From Camelus ferus (Eukaryota), in NCBI RefSeq assembly GCF_009834535.1, contig NC_045697.1, positions 42,410,001 through 42,474,000 on the forward strand: a stretch of DNA of 64,000 nucleotides. The letters run 5' to 3'. Positions 38,935 to 53,093 of this stretch are shown here, in pieces (position 1 is the first letter of the stretch; each line of letters begins with the position of its first letter). Below the pieces are notes generated by a model. It did not search any database. It had not been told where the DNA came from and saw nothing but the letters and a program-made list of their open reading frames with translations. Made by a program: the position numbers and the translations under genes.

Positions 38935-40920
38935 GGGACTTGTCTGCTTCTACTCTCTCTTTCTCTCTGAGTGATTTTCACAAAGTCCCAGAGTTTTAAA
39001 TACTATCTGTATGCCAATTGCTCCCCAATGTCTATCCAATTTGATCTCTCCTCTGAAGTCCAGACTCATTTGCAACTGCCTATTTGCCTTCTCCATTTGG
39101 ATGTCTAATATGTAACTAAAATTTAACCTGGTCATTTCTTAGACATGACACTAAAGGCAAAAGTGACAAAAGAAAAAAAATAGGTAAAATAGACTACATT
39201 AAAATGTAAAACTTTTGTGCTGTGAACAATATCATCATAAAAGTTAAAATCCAACCCAAAGAATGGGAGAAAATATTTGCAAATCATATGTCTAATAAGA
39301 GGCTTGTATCCAGAATATATAAAGAATTTGCAATGCTATAAAAAAAAAGCAGCCCAATTTTAAAATGTGCAAAGGATTTGACCAGACATTTCTCCAAACA
39401 AAATATACAAATGGCCGATATGCACATGAAAAGATGCTCAACATCATTAGTAATTAGAAAAATGTGAATCAAAACCACAATGACATATCATTTCACAACC
39501 ACTAGGATGGTTACAATGAAGAATACAATGATAAGTGTTGGCAAGAATGTGGGGGAATTAGAAATTTTATTTATTGTTGGTAGGACTATAAAATGGTGCA
39601 GCCACTTTAGAAAACACTTTGGCAGTTTCTCAACATATTAATCATAGACTTAGTACATAACCTATGAATTCCACTCCTGAGGATATACTGAACAGAAATG
39701 AAGACATATGTCCAAACAAAAACTTGCATACAAACATTCACAGCAGCATTATTCACAGTAGCCCCAAAGTAGAAACAACACCAATGTCCAAAAACTAAAC
39801 GGATAAATAAAATGTAGTATATCTCTATGATAGAATGTTATTCAGAAATAAAAAATATTGAAGCACTGATTGATTGACACTTGCTACAACATGGATAACC
39901 TTGAAAACATTAAGTTAAATGAAAGAATCCAGTCATAATAAGCCCACATATTGTAATATTCCTTTATATGAAATGCCAAGATTGGAGAAATCTATGGAAT
40001 CAGAAAGTAAGCTAGTGGTTGTCTGGGGGCAGGGGAATAGGTACAAGGTTTTTTTTGGGGGGGTTGAAGTGATAAAATGTTCTAAACTTAGATTGTGATG
40101 ATGATTGCATGGCTCTGTGAATATGCGAAGAAGTCCTTGAATTGTACACTCAAATGTGTGAATTACATAGTATGTGAATTATATCTCAATACAGAAGTTT
40201 AAAAAAAAGACCTTAACAAAGTTAAAACCGAACCCTTGACTGCTTACTCCCTCAAACCCAAACCTGTTCCCCTCGCAGTTTTCCCCTCGATGTCCAGGCC
40301 AATAGCATAGACGTCATCCTTGATTCTTCTTTATACATCCCCACATCCAATCCACCCACAAATCCAATTGTCATTAGCTCAAAATACTTCCCAATTCTGA
40401 CAACCTCACGCCTTCTCAGCTCTAGTCCAAGTCACTACCATCTATATTTCAGTGTAAATTTTTCTAACTGATGTTCCAGCTTCTATATTTACCTCTGTGA
40501 GTCTGTTTCTTCATTACAGCTAGCTGACTTTTTAAAAACTATATATCAGACTATATCATCCACTGCTTAAAATTCTCCAATGAATTTCTATTGCACTTCA
40601 TAGAAATTCAGTCTCCTTTCTGTTGCCCACCTGTCCATGCAGAATCTAGCGTCTGCCTTCCTCAACAGATTGACTGCATGCCCTCTGAATGCCGCCTTCC
40701 TCCTCTTCCTTGAATAGGCCAGATCTGTTTCAGCCTCATGACCTTTGCACTTACCATTCCTTCTGACACTCATAGCTGACCCATGCTGTCATTCAGGTAT
40801 CAAGTCAAAAGTCACTCGCTCACAGGGGCTTTCTAAGTAGCATTGCCTCTCAGGAATTCTCTATCCTGTTACCCTGCTTTATTTTCTTAATAATCCTTAT
40901 AATTAGCTGAGATTATCTCA
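38935..40920 (+). mobile_element. L2 interrupted by an L1 (pieces 38935-39133 and ~40220-40920)
   Basis: ctctctcctctgaagtccagactc...ctccatttggatgtctaat continues after the L1 as aaaaccgaacccttgact...cctcatgacctttgcactt. Confidence 0.75.
39134..40210 (+). mobile_element. L1MB-like ORF2 3' end plus 3' UTR with A tail
   Basis: gaatgggagaaaatatttgcaaatcatat...cacatgaaaagatgctcaacatcattag...tatatctcaata...aaaaaaaa. Confidence 0.9.
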
Positions 40921-43900
40921 ATTATTTTTCTTTTTTATTGTGATAAGAAACACATAGCATACAATTTGTCATCATAACCATCTTTATCAGCCTGTAAAAT
41001 CAACTGGCTTAAGACACTCACATAGGAGGCAATTCATACAGAGTGAGATCACATATACACGGAGGAAGGAGGGGAAGGATGGTATGGTTTAAAACTGTTC
41101 TTTAACAAAGACACACTTGCTCCATAGACTCAAGATTATTTTTAGGCTTCCCAAAACCAAACAAATAAAGCAGGAGTGTTCATGTGTCCCATAAGCCACT
41201 CTCTGTTACTGAAACCTTCAATGGTATTTCAGACTTTAGAACCTGAAGTATAACATGTCTTATCTTTTGTTGTTTTGATCATTACTTTTCTCTTCTTCAT
41301 TAAGTTTTTTTCCTATCTGCTACCCCTGGGACGTTTCATGCTTGCATTCACAGCCAGTTAAATGCTAATTATTCTTCAACATAGTTTTTCAGATTTTCTT
41401 TTCCAAATTATTATGGTATTGCATTGGGAACTTGAGATTTTAAGGAAGCTGTGAAAAGATTTAACAGCAGTGGATAAAGATAAAAAATAAGCTTTGTTTG
41501 AATGTGGCTTCCCATTAGATTTTTTCCAAAGTTGAACTTTGAGTTTTATGTGAGTATATCTGAATATATTAAACTTTCATTTTTTAAAATCTATTTATCA
41601 TTTACTGGTATGATCATTGAGCATGCGTACACACACACACATTGTGTGTACACTATTTATTCATTCCTTTGTTAACATTTTCAACATTTCTTGAGCCTCT
41701 GCCTGTGCACTAGGAATTACAGTAAATGTTATTCCTGAAACACACTTCCTTACAGTATTACCTAATTTAAAATTAGTCATTCTTCAATATTCCTTTATGT
41801 TTTCTTCCCAGAACTACGTTTTCTACTAAAAATAAGAATATAAGACATTAATCCAGCTGTGATTCTTCATGATGTTCTATTAAAACTTCGCTGTCTTGCA
41901 GAGTTGATTTCCCTTCCAAAGTTAATGAGCACGTACTAGGTGCTCAGGTACCATGCCTAGTGCAGACTAATTCTGAAGCATGGGTACTCCAACAGCTAAA
42001 AGCCACACCGTTCCAACAACACTTGCATGTGAGCCATATTACAAATGAGTCCCAATCCACCTTTTCAACCACATCTTTATTTCTCCATATATTCATGGGC
42101 TCTCTATTCCAGCCATATAGAACTATTTTCTAAATTGAGTTTATGAAAAAATTTAAGCTTTAGATCCTTTATTCAAGCTCTAAAGATACAGGATCTTGTA
42201 TTCAATATTGGCTCTATTTCTGATTCAAATTAAATAAAATGTTAATATCTAAGAACTCTCATGTACTTCAGAAAAAATACAGAGAAACCACAGCATGATA
42301 ATTTTGTACAGACATTTAAGCAGGAAAACTGTAAAGGTTTCTTCTCAGTAGTGAAAAAAAAATTTTAATTATTTTTCACAATAATTTAGCATCTGGATAG
42401 CATCATACTTAGAGTTCTAATAAATAGCATACAATTGGAGTGCCAGTATTTGGGAGGACATTTGTTCAGCGTAGCAATATTTTCATAAAAGAACCAAATA
42501 TTTAAACTAGAAAAATTATACCATACTGATATCTGTATACAAGAGAGACAGAAAAGCATAGTTAATAGGAAGGCTGGCTCTGGAGTACAACAGTTCTGAG
42601 GAAGAATCCTGGGACTGTCACTTAACTAACTGTGTGTGACCTCTGAAACGTTAACATCCCATAGCTCTAGTTTCCTATATGAAGTTTAGCTAGCCACACA
42701 GTGGTGGTGAACGTTAAACAAGAGTGTAATAGAATAAATAGCACATAGAAAGTATTCAATAAATGTTGTCAAATGTTTTGTTTTATATCTTCTTTAAGAG
42801 TATTTAAATTTAATTGTTACCCTTACGTATCTTTACATAGAATATAAATACAACATAGAATACATACACGATTTGCAGCACTTTCAAAAGGAAAAGAAGG
42901 TAGATGTGTGGAATGTTACATGTCCTTATATGAGATTATTCTTACAAGTGAGTAGTGTCAAGTGCTCTGCTTTAGGAAAGAAATGGAACAAAACATCAAC
43001 ATTAAGTTAAAAAGATTTGTTTTCTTCTTTCTAAAATGATAGGCTAGATTAGAAACTCAGATATTGGGATTCCAAACTTTCCATTGGGTGTATTTGGTAT
43101 GCTATTGATTACTTTATCTATAGATGTAATTGCACTTTTGGCTAGATTTGCACTGGGTAGGGGGAGGGAACTCAAGTATGTTCTTGCATTACTTTTCAGT
43201 GTGTGTTTGTATTGTGTTTCTGTGTTTATCTGTGCTGGATACCATTATTCAGACTGTATCTAGAGTAAGGAACACTGACCTCCAGGTGAAAGAACATTCT
43301 CTAACTTTTCACCTCCACCCTTATCTATTCCCCACAAAGATCAGAGTCCAGGTTTACTGGTTGGTCCATTACTCCAAGCTTCTACTAAACCCATATGCGT
43401 CCTCATCCTTGTTTTTTCTCTGAAGAAAGCAAGTATGACCTTTCATACTTTTGAATTGAAATAGTAAATAGTCAAATTCAAGACTCTGTTTTGGATTTGG
43501 GGGTAGAAATGGACAGTGTGAGCTTAATTTGAGACTCCTTTAGTGTACCTGGTATGATAGTCCATTAAAACTCTAGATTAAAGTATTAATTGAATGGATA
43601 TCACTAAAATAAGATTAAGATGGTATTATGGTGGTCTTTGCAGACACACATAAATAACCAAACCTTCCTTAACCCACCCCTCCCCACGATGTCATAAAGG
43701 AGGTATATGGGCATATGATGAATAAAACAAAGTCACACATGATTACTGCCTGGGCCCTCTCACAAACTCCAACAGTAAACCCCAATTTTCTACATGAGAC
43801 TAAGCAGAAACTCCATTTCTGCACCAGACAGGCCTAAGGAGCCTGAATCGGCAGGTCTGCTCCATTTATTTCTACTCCAAATCCAAGTTCAAGTCTCAGA

Positions 43901-45016
43901 TCTTATTTTGTCAGCTTTATACAGAAAGTTCAGAAGAGGGAAGAAAGGAGTGTGCTGTCTGATTGATACCCCTCCTGCTCGGGCTCCATTCTAAAAATGT
44001 GGCCTGGAGAATGTCTTGATGAATCCCACTCAACACCTCCCCTCATCAGAGTGGAGGAGAAAAGGGTAGGTAGGCAAGTGGGAACTGGAGGACATAGAAA
44101 ATGTTCCCTGAAAGGTCAGCAAGAGGTTTTCTCATTAACTTTAAAGTGTTTAATAAAATAAAACTCTGAGGATCTGCAAGCCTTCAGCTCATAGGAATTA
44201 ATTTTAATGTGTATATGATCATTGCATTTGCCAGAAAAATATGGAAATATAAATATCTCTGTATAATCCTAAAACAGATAGCAAAGCTCAGGGCTCCAGG
44301 AACATTGATGTCAAGTATCAGCAAAAATGAAGTTAGCTTCCTAGAGTAAAGCATTAACTGAGATCTTTCGATATCCAGTCATAGTGATCTCATGACTTGT
44401 TAATGCACAATCCGTAGTCCAGCATATTGGGAATGATTTGGCTGTTCATTGACAGCCTTTCCCAAAGCAAAGCATAATTTGGTTAATGGGGAAAGGTGAA
44501 TACAGTATTTAAAGAGGAGAGGAAAAGCCAGTTTAGAAAGGGACCTTATCCCTGCGATAGACATTTCCAGCTACTGTTATTTTGCGATAGATAGGGCCTA
44601 GGCTAGGCAAGCACTAGCTGATCAGATCTGAATTCCTTTCCCAAATGCCATCATATGCCTTTACCGTATGATCCTCTCATGTCTAACACTTCATCTAAAT
44701 GCCAACATAAAGCTTAATAAGGTTTTTCTTCTCATCACATAACATTTTCTCAAAAGTAATGTTCCAAAAATCTGATACCCTGATCTGATCATTGACACTT
44801 TCCAAAGGAAATGACAAGAACCAATATCCCATTAATTCATCCAATGAAGAACTGCAGACGGTAAAAGCTAGTCTCCCTGCCTGAGACGGGAAGACCAAGC
44901 AGAAAGATTTCTGTGAAAACCACACACGTTGGAAATCAGCAGTCATAAACTCATCTCTGAAGGGAGGCTGGATCTTCAACTTCATCAGTAAAATTGTATT
45001 AAAACAAAAGTAACTC

Positions 45017-47191
45017 CTCACCAAAATTTTAGCAAATAGAATCCAACAACACATAAAAAAGATTATACATCATGACCAAGTGGGGTTCATCCCAGGGACA
45101 CAAGGCTGGTTCAACATACGCAAATCAATCAGTGTAATACATCACATCAACAAGAGAAAGGACAAAAACCACATGATCATCTCAATCGATGCAGAAAAAG
45201 CATTTGATAAAATTCAACACCCATTTATGATAAAAACTCTCGCCAAAGTGGGTATAGAGGGAACATATCTCAACATAATAAAAGCTATATATGACAAACC
45301 TACAGCCAGCATAGTACTCAACGGTGAAAAACTCAAAAGCTTCCCACTAAAATCTGGGACAAGACAAGGATGCCCACTATCACCACTCCTATTCAACATA
45401 GTCCTGGAAGTCCTAGCCACAGCAGTCAGGCAAGAGAAAGAAATAAAAGGGATCCAAATTGGAAAAGAAGAGGTAAAAGTGTCATTATATGCTGATGACA
45501 TGTTACTATATATAGAAAACCCTAAAAGGTCCACACAAAAGCTACTAGAGCTGATTGAAGAATTCAGCAAGGTAGCAGGTTACAAAATTAACGTTCAAAA
45601 ATCAGTTGCATTTCTTTACACTAACGATAAATCAACAGAAGAAGAAAGTAAAGAAACAATCCCCTTTAAAATAGCACCCAAAGTAATAAAATATCTGGGA
45701 ATAAATCTAACCAAGGAGGTGAAAGAATTATACACAGAAAACTATAAACCATTGATGAAGGAAATTAAAGAAGACTTTAAAAAATGGAAAGATATTCCAT
45801 GCTCTTGGATCAGAAGAATCAATATTGTTAAAATGGTCACACTGCCCAAGGCAATCTACAGATTTAATGCAATCCCTATCCAATTACCTAGGACGTATTT
45901 CACAGAACTAGAAAAAATCATAATAAAATTCATATGGAACCATCAAAGACCTAGAATTGCCAAAGCATTACTGAAGAGAAAGAAAGAGGCTGGAGGAATA
46001 ACTCTCCCAGACTTCAGACAATACTATAGAGCTACAGTCATCAAGACAGCATGGTATTGGTACCAAAACAGACATATAGACCAATGGAACAGAATAGAGA
46101 GCCCAGAAATGAACCCACAAACTTTTGGTCAACTCATCTTTGACAAAGGAGGCAAGAATATACATTGGAATAAAGACAGTCTCTTCAGCAAATGGTGCTG
46201 GGAAAACTGGACAGCAGCATGTAAGACAATGAAGCTAGAACACTCCCTTACACCATATACAAAAATCAACTCAAAATGGATTAAAGACTTAAACATAAGA
46301 CAAGATACAATAAACCTCCTAGAGGAAAACATAGGCAAAACATTATCTGACATACATTTCAAAAATTTTCTCCTAGAAGAAATAAAAGCAAGAAAAAACA
46401 AATGGGACCTAATGAAACTTACAAGCTTCTGCACAGCAAAGGAAACCAGAAATAAAACAAGAAGAAAACCTACGGAATGGGAGAACATTTTTGCAAGTGA
46501 AACCGACAAAGGCTTGATCTCCAGAATATATAAGCAGCTCATACGACTCAATAAGAAAAAAATAAACAACCCAATCCAAAAATGGGCAGAAGACCTAAAC
46601 AAGCAATTCTCCAAGGAAGACATACAAATGATCAAAAAGCACATGAAAAAATGCTCCATATCACTAATTATCAGAGAAATGCAAATCAAAACTACAATGA
46701 GGTATCACCTCACACCAGTCAGAATGGCCGTCATTCAAAAATCCACAAATGACAAATGCTGGAGAGGCTGTGGAGAAAGGGGAACCCTCCTACACTGCTG
46801 GTGGGAATGCAGTTTGGTGCAGCCACTATGGAAAATAGTGTGGAGATTCCTCAAAAGACTAGGAATAGACTTACCATATGACCCAGGAATCCCACTCCTG
46901 GGCTTGTATCCAGAAGGAAATCTACTTCAGGATGACACCTGCACCCCAATGTTCATAGCAGCACTATTTACAGTAGCCAAGACATGGAAACAGCCTAAAT
47001 GTCCATCAACAGGTGACTGGATAAAGAAGAGGTGGTATATTTATACAATGGAATACTACTCAGCCATAAAAACTGACAACATAATGCCATTTGCAGCAAC
47101 ATGGATGCTCCTGGAGAATGTCATTCTAAATGAAGTAAGCCAGAAAGAGAAAGAAAAATACCATATGAGATCGCTCATATGTGGAATCTAA
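45017..47191 (+). CDS. ORF2: L1 ORF2p C-terminal part (RT plus Cys-rich domain); lacks endonuclease, start codon and promoter
   Basis: Frame is open from [15 protein letters not shown] through [20 protein letters not shown] and [18 protein letters not shown] to the stop at 47191. Confidence 0.95.
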   Translation, partial: LTKILANRIQQHIKKIIHHDQVGFIPGTQGWFNIRKSISVIHHINKRKDKNHMIISIDAEKAFDKIQHPFMIKTLAKVGIEGTYLNIIKAIYDKPTASIVLNGEKLKSFPLKSGTRQGCPLSPLLFNIVLEVLATAVRQEKEIKGIQIGKEEVKVSLYADDMLLYIENPKRSTQKLLELIEEFSKVAGYKINVQKSVAFLYTNDKSTEEESKETIPFKIAPKVIKYLGINLTKEVKELYTENYKPLMKEIKEDFKKWKDIPCSWIRRINIVKMVTLPKAIYRFNAIPIQLPRTYFTELEKIIIKFIWNHQRPRIAKALLKRKKEAGGITLPDFRQYYRATVIKTAWYWYQNRHIDQWNRIESPEMNPQTFGQLIFDKGGKNIHWNKDSLFSKWCWENWTAACKTMKLEHSLTPYTKINSKWIKDLNIRQDTINLLEENIGKTLSDIHFKNFLLEEIKARKNKWDLMKLTSFCTAKETRNKTRRKPTEWENIFASETDKGLISRIYKQLIRLNKKKINNPIQKWAEDLNKQFSKEDIQMIKKHMKKCSISLIIREMQIKTTMRYHLTPVRMAVIQKSTNDKCWRGCGERGTLLHCWWECSLVQPLWKIVWRFLKRLGIDLPYDPGIPLLGLYPEGNLLQDDTCTPMFIAALFTVAKTWKQPKCPSTGDWIKKRWYIYTMEYYSAIKTDNIMPFAATWMLLENVILNEVSQKEKEKYHMRSLICGI

Positions 47192-47512
47192 AAAACAAAA
47201 ACAAAAACAAACAAACAAACAAAAACAAAGCATAAATAAAGGACAGAAATAGACTCACAGAGAATACAGACTTGTGGTTACCAGGGGGGTGGAGGGTGGG
47301 AAGGGATAGACTGGGATTTCAAAATTGTAGAATAGACTACACTGTATAGCACAGGGAAATATACACAAAATGTTATGATAACTCACAGAGAAAAAAATGT
47401 GACAATGAGTGTGTATATGTCCATGAATGACTGAAAAATTGTGCTGAACACTGGAATTTGACACAACATTGTAAAATGATTATAAATCAATAAAAAATGT
47501 TAAAAAAAAAAA
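45017..47512 (+). mobile_element. Young 5'-truncated LINE-1 with TSD
   Basis: Uninterrupted ORF2 frame, 3' UTR, AATAAA and short A tail. TSD AAAAGTAACTC at 45006-45016 and 47509-47519. Confidence 0.97.
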
Positions 47513-48319
47513 GTAACTCTTGAAAAGAAGTGGAAACATGGCAAAAATAATAAGTGCTTATGGGGAAAAGAATTAATACTCTCCATCTCAGAACGTGGGC
47601 ATGGAAAAAAGATGTGTGTAAAGCTGCTTTATAAAATTCTAAACAAGTGTTAGCCACCAGTCACATTAGAAATGCTTAATAAAAATTTTTGAAGGAATAT
47701 TTGCTAGTTAACTAAATAGTTAGAATTAATGCTGCGTGAACCAGGAACATGAAAGATACTGTACTGAAAGATGCTTTGTGTGACTCAACCAACTTCCTCC
47801 ATTCTTATGAAGGCTAAGATCGTGATTTCCATTCTAACGGATTTTTAGCACAGCTCTCCTGACAACATTACTTTTATATTCATAATATGACCTGCGCAAT
47901 TAAGTCAGAAGAGCCAGGAAACTATATTAACACTTTACATTGATCAGAGGAAATAAAGTTAATTGACTCAATTATTGAACTCAGCACAGTAACACCTCCC
48001 CTTGAAGTACTTCTCACTTGAGGATCTCAAGGCACTTTATAAACCTTTCGTGAGCAGTATCTCCTTTCCATCTTAATAGGAAGAAGCAGAAATATACTTA
48101 ATTCTAATAAAAATTTTCCAGTGGAAAGTGATAGGCCTTTACTTTGAATTTAATACATTAGAATGCTATTGCCCACAGTACTTTAAGTTAGAACTAAGTA
48201 AAACATTGCAAATAATAATAAAAAAAAAATTCTCCTCTGTAAGGTACAACGAAATGTCATTCCTCCTTAACAGTGTACCTCAGAGGATAGCACAAAGGAA
48301 ACTCCCAAAACAAATCTTT

Positions 48320-48540
48320 GTGATACTTTGTGATAGTTAAGGGCAAAGCTACAAGCCAGGTAGATCTGGGTTAAAATTATAGAACCAAGACTTGTTTAAC
48401 TGTTATAAGTCTCATTTTCCTCGTCTATTAAATAACAGTAGAAGTAGTTCCCTCATAGGGTTGATGTGAGGATTAAACGGTGTACACTGAGTTGCAGAGT
48501 GCCGGGCACATGCTAAACACTCAATATAGTGTATCTACCA
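48320..48540 (+). mobile_element. MIR SINE
   Basis: ctcattttcctcgtctattaaata...cctcatagggttgatgtgaggattaaa...gtgccgggcacatgctaaacactcaata. Confidence 0.75.
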
Positions 48541-48576
48541 TCATCGTCATCATCATCATCATCGGCTCTAAGCACT

Positions 48577-48957
48577 TGTGATAGTTAATTTTATGTGTGA
48601 ACTAGGAGGGTGTTTTTGGATGATATTAGCATTCCAAATCAGTGAACTCTGAGTAAACAGATTGCCCTCCAAGTAGACTGCATTCAATCAGTTGAAAGCT
48701 TGCTTCCCCAAGCAATAGGGAATTCCCCCAGGAGATGCCTTTGGACTTTATCTGCACTATCAGCTATCCTGGGTCTCCATCCTGCCAGCCTTTGGACCAG
48801 AACTGGAGCATTGGCTCCCCTGGTCTCTGCCTGCTGGTCCACGCTGCTGATTTGGAATTGCCAACCTCCATAATCATGTGAGCCAATTCCTTATTCCCTT
48901 TCTCTATATCTACACACCATGTGGGTTCTGTTTTCCCAGAGAACCTTGGGTAATACT
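48577..48957 (+). mobile_element. MLT2-family solo LTR (ERVL)
   Basis: Starts tgtgatagttaattttatgtgt; contains ctccataatcatgtgagccaattcctta; ends tctgttttcccagagaaccttgggtaatac. Confidence 0.85.
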
Positions 48958-49575
48958 GTCCCATATACAAGTTTGAGAACCTAAACCACAAAATAGATTT
49001 GATGATATAAAATAAGGTACTAACATCATCACTTAGAATATAAGATCCTTGAGGGCAAGGATCAATCTTTAAGTATTAACCATGAAACACATATTGAGTA
49101 AATGCTTAAAGAGTGAATTAATCAATCAGTGTATTTTAGCATAATATGCAAATATTGTGTCATTTTTTAAAGCACATGTGAACTGATATCATACATTAGG
49201 CATAGCCTTAGGATTATAAAGTTAAAAAGATATAGATGAAGAAACACTCAAATCACCAGCTATGCCAGATGGCTGACAGAGTATATGAGCTGCCCCAAAT
49301 GTCATCCTAGGAAACAGAACGTCCCACAGGAAATACAAAGCTGGGGAATGGATGAGTCACATCTGCCGTTGCCATAGATACTGTTCATCTTATCTGTGTG
49401 AACTGAACTTGAAAACTGAAAGCACTATCGAACAGAGTGGCTAGCTATCTAATTGAAGCCTCATCTGTTACTAAAAGGCTTGTCCCACAGAGAAATCCTT
49501 AAAGATTGATGAGCACTCAAAGTGTAGTTGGCCTTGGGCAAAATGTCCAAAACATACCACTCTATCCTCCTGTCC

Positions 49576-49757
49576 AGTTGTTCTCTACTATGGGTGCTCA
49601 TTAGAATCATCTGGAGAACTTTAAAAAATATCTTGATGAAGTGTCATCCTTAGGTGTTCTGACTTGGTGTTATGGGATGGGACTTGAGCATGTGTATTTC
49701 TTAAAGCTCCCCAGGTGATGCAAATATTAGGCAGCTGGAGTCAAGAATATTGTTCTG
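49576..49757. mobile_element. MER5-like DNA transposon
   Basis: cagttgttctc...cattagaatcatctggagaactttaaaaaata...ttaaagctccccaggtgat. Confidence 0.7.
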
Positions 49758-50499
49758 GGGCTCCTAAGGTCTATGTAATGCACAGAAACACACATAGCAT
49801 GCACACACGTTAAACCCCTTCACATATCAACACTCTTCATAATCCTTCACATTTCTAACTCAAATATTCAGAGATGGTTAGCTATGACGATTTTCTGTCT
49901 CAATGCTTGCCTTGTCTATCTTCTAGGTACTTCAGTGCTCTTCATTTCCCCTATAAGAGAGTTTATCAAGGTAGGGATATAGGCAAATGGAAGGTAGCAG
50001 ATTTCATTATTGATGAGAGGTCAGATAAAATAGGAGCCTGAAACTAATGGTTAAAATCAATGGTTCTGCTAACCTGTGAATCTTAGGACAATCATATAAG
50101 AATCCAAAGACTATTACAAGTCAGAGACAAAATAAAGTGTCTTTTTAAATGGCAAATTATCTAAAAATAAACTCATTTGTGAACATATATTTATAGTTTT
50201 ATAAAGCTCTGGAAGATCTGCACTTGTAAGAATTCACTAAATTTTGAATGACTTTGGAAAAACTTGTCTTATTTTGACCACATCTATTGACTAAGAACTT
50301 TAATTTGTGGAGTAAGGCACCATAATATTCTGTAGAAACATTTGTCATGCCTTGTAAATTTTTTATCTAGAAAATTTATATTTGTGTTTTTAGTGACTTG
50401 TATGCTACAATTTTGCTTTCCTTTGACCAGTTTGGTTCACTCATGGCAAGTAGAATGACACTCCTTAGTTTATTTTCACTTTTCAGAAACAAATGACAG

Positions 50500-51070
50500 C
50501 GAACAATTCCACTTCTGAGTAGATATCCAAAATAATTCAAAGCAGAGGCTGAAACAGATATTTACACATTCATATTCATAGCAGCATTATTCACAACAAC
50601 CAAAAGGTGAAAGCTACCCTTGTGTCCATCGACAGGTGAAAAAATAAACAAATTGTGGTGTATACACACAATGGAATATTATATAGCCTTAAAAATGAAG
50701 GAAATTCTGACACATGCTGCAACACAGATAAACCTTGAGGATATTATGCTAAATGAAATCAGCCAGTCACAAAAAGACAAATATTGAATGGTTCCACTTA
50801 TATGAGGCTCCTAGAGGAGTCGAATTAATAGAGATGTAAAGTAGAATGGTGGTTGCCAGGGCTGGGGAAGGAAGAGAATGAGCAGTTGTTGCTCAATGGG
50901 TACAAAGTTTCAGTTCTGCAAGATGAAAAGGGTTCTCGAGATGAATGGTGATTATGGTTGCACAAAAACATGAATATATTCAGTGACACTGAGCTGTATA
51001 TCTAAAAATGCTTAAGAGGAAAACTTTTACGTTACATGTATTTCACCACAATTAAAAATAATTTAAAAAG
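50500..51070 (+). mobile_element. L1MB-like 3' end
   Basis: caattccacttctgagtagatatccaaa...gcagcattattcacaa...aaggaaattctgacacatgctgcaac...caccacaattaaaaata. Confidence 0.88.
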
Positions 51071-51074
51071 ATAA

Positions 51075-51530
51075 GAATACCAATAGTCATTTATTTTGCC
51101 CATGAACCCACAACTTGAGCGGGGCAGGTTGAGGATCCTCTATCCAGGCCCATACGCCATCAATTGGGGCTCAAATACAACCACTTCCATCATGTTCTAC
51201 ACACATGACTGGCAAATTGTTCAGCTGTGGGCTGGGAGCTCATACTGATCAGAAGCCTTTATTCTCCACACGGGCCTCTTTCTGAGCCTTTTGGTGGCAT
51301 AGCATGTTGCTTATTTCCTAAAGTAAGTATTTGAAGAAATGGGAATTGGAAACTAAATGATCTCTTGAGATTCCAAATTGGCACAGGGTCACTTCCATTG
51401 TATTTTAAGCAGTGGTCAAGAAGTCCACACACACACACAAAGGAGTATACTCAGATTAAAAGGGAGGAGATACAGACCTCACTTTTGACAAAGTGTCAAA
51501 GAATCTGAAACCATTTTTAATCTACACCAA
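51075..51530 (-). mobile_element. Old MLT1-family LTR
   Basis: catttattttgcccatgaa...ctccacacgggcctct...gtcacttccattgtatttt...ccatttttaatctacacc. Confidence 0.55.
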
Positions 51531-52289
51531 CTAGCCTCGTTTTTTTGTTCTTTGTACTCTGGAAATTTTCTCTACCCTTATAGCTTCTGCTTATAACTCA
51601 GATGGTCCTGACTTTTCATAGACCTAAATCTAATCCCTCATACATTGCACCAAGTCTATCTCAAAGGCTTCTCTCTATGCATCTTCGGCTTTGATTCTCT
51701 CTTTTCTCAATCATGTAAATGGGACTAAGGCTATGATTGGCCCAAATTATCATTTCATGCTAAGTCATGCATGTCATAGGTCAGAGACAGATCTATGCAC
51801 TGGCTGCCATTAGATCAAGTGCTCCTAATCCAATACCTGTAGCCAAGGGGGCAAGGTCACATGATATAAAGTATGGCTGTTTGGGCTTATCTTTTTCACA
51901 TATGCTATGAGTACAGGGGTGAGGGAGATGGGTAGAGCTGTGCAAGAGTTGTGAATGCAGCAAGCACCAGAATTCATTTTCCTAGAATAAAGTGGAGGCT
52001 TTACTGGTTCTGAAAATACTTATCCACTGTTTCCCAGGTCATTAAGTTACTGAAGGTATAACTGATTTATTGCTTTTTCTTTTTATACCTCCTTCAAAAA
52101 AATGCATGTGGATTTCCTATAACATCTTCTTTTCCCTTTAAGATTGCCCTTAATATCCACTTACTGCTATTGCCTCTGAATAAAATCATGGTACAATTTT
52201 CCCTGGACCTTGCTGTCTACAGAAGATGAATCCTCCCTACTCATGTCGGCAGCAAAAATGTAGCAGTACATATGTGATTATCTCTTCCT

Positions 52290-52635
52290 GTTTGACAAAA
52301 ACTGTCTATATGTCCAATCTTTTGCCAGGCTCCTCTAAGCCCTCTTCTCAATTAGGCTTTGACCTTGTGTCCATCCTATCTGGGCCTGCGTTACCTAGCT
52401 GAGCAAGAATCCGTTCAGTCAGTTTAGAGAGAATCCCCCACTCTCCGTGTCTGAGCAAATCCCTCATTTCTCACCATTCTTCAGGTAGTAACTGACCACC
52501 CTAGCCTGTCTTCAGCAAGAATCCTGTCAAGTCAGGTTAGCCAGAATCCTCCCTCACCCCTGATGTTTCTTCTTAGTAATTTTCCATATGCTGACCCCCT
52601 TTGGCTATAAATCTCCACTTGTCCCTGTTGTTTTC
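52290..52635 (+). mobile_element. MER31-like ERV1 LTR fragment
   Basis: Characteristic internal repeats gcaagaatcc...gtcagtttag...agaatcc; TATA-like ggctataaat. Confidence 0.7.
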
Positions 52636-52639
52636 CTCA

Positions 52640-53093
52640 AATCATTCCTGGCCAATTTGTTAGTGCCACAGAGAAGATGCCAAAATGGAATTATATGTGC
52701 AAGAGACTTCTTGTGGGGAAATCCTGTGAAGGAGAAGCAGTAGAAGAGCCTGCAGACCGCAATGCAGGTCTGCCCCCGTGAGAGAGGGGAATGGAGGAGG
52801 ATTGTATCGGGAAGGTCTCAGAGGTGGCACAGTCCTAAGGAAGTCTCAGCCAAGCAGAGTTCAGGGGAGTCCTCTGGCCAAAGTCACCTGTTAAAGGATT
52901 CCTGTAACTCATGAAGAATGGGCCTGCGTTAGAATGAATCCCAGAGCTAATCAGATCTTAGCGAAGGGAAGCCTGCGGGAAACATGACCTTTATGTGAAC
53001 ACAAGAGTGAATCCAGAAGGACAGCATGTGGGGCCATCAGTCAATTATGCTTCCTGCAGAAGGAAACCTGAGTGCTGCATTTTCATGACCACA
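52640..53093 (-). mobile_element. LTR16-like ERVL LTR
   Basis: gtgcaagagact...cctgtgaagga...cagaccgcaatgcaggtctg...ttttcatgaccaca. Confidence 0.55.

Noticed and set aside
41625..41655. Hairpin gtacacaca...tgtgtgtac as a miRNA or structured RNA
   Set aside because: Too short, and explained by a (CA)n/(TG)n microsatellite.
45214..46689. Antisense ORFs of 65-186 aa
   Set aside because: Standard antisense frames of L1 ORF2; the same applies to the plus-strand ORFs at 62776-63624.
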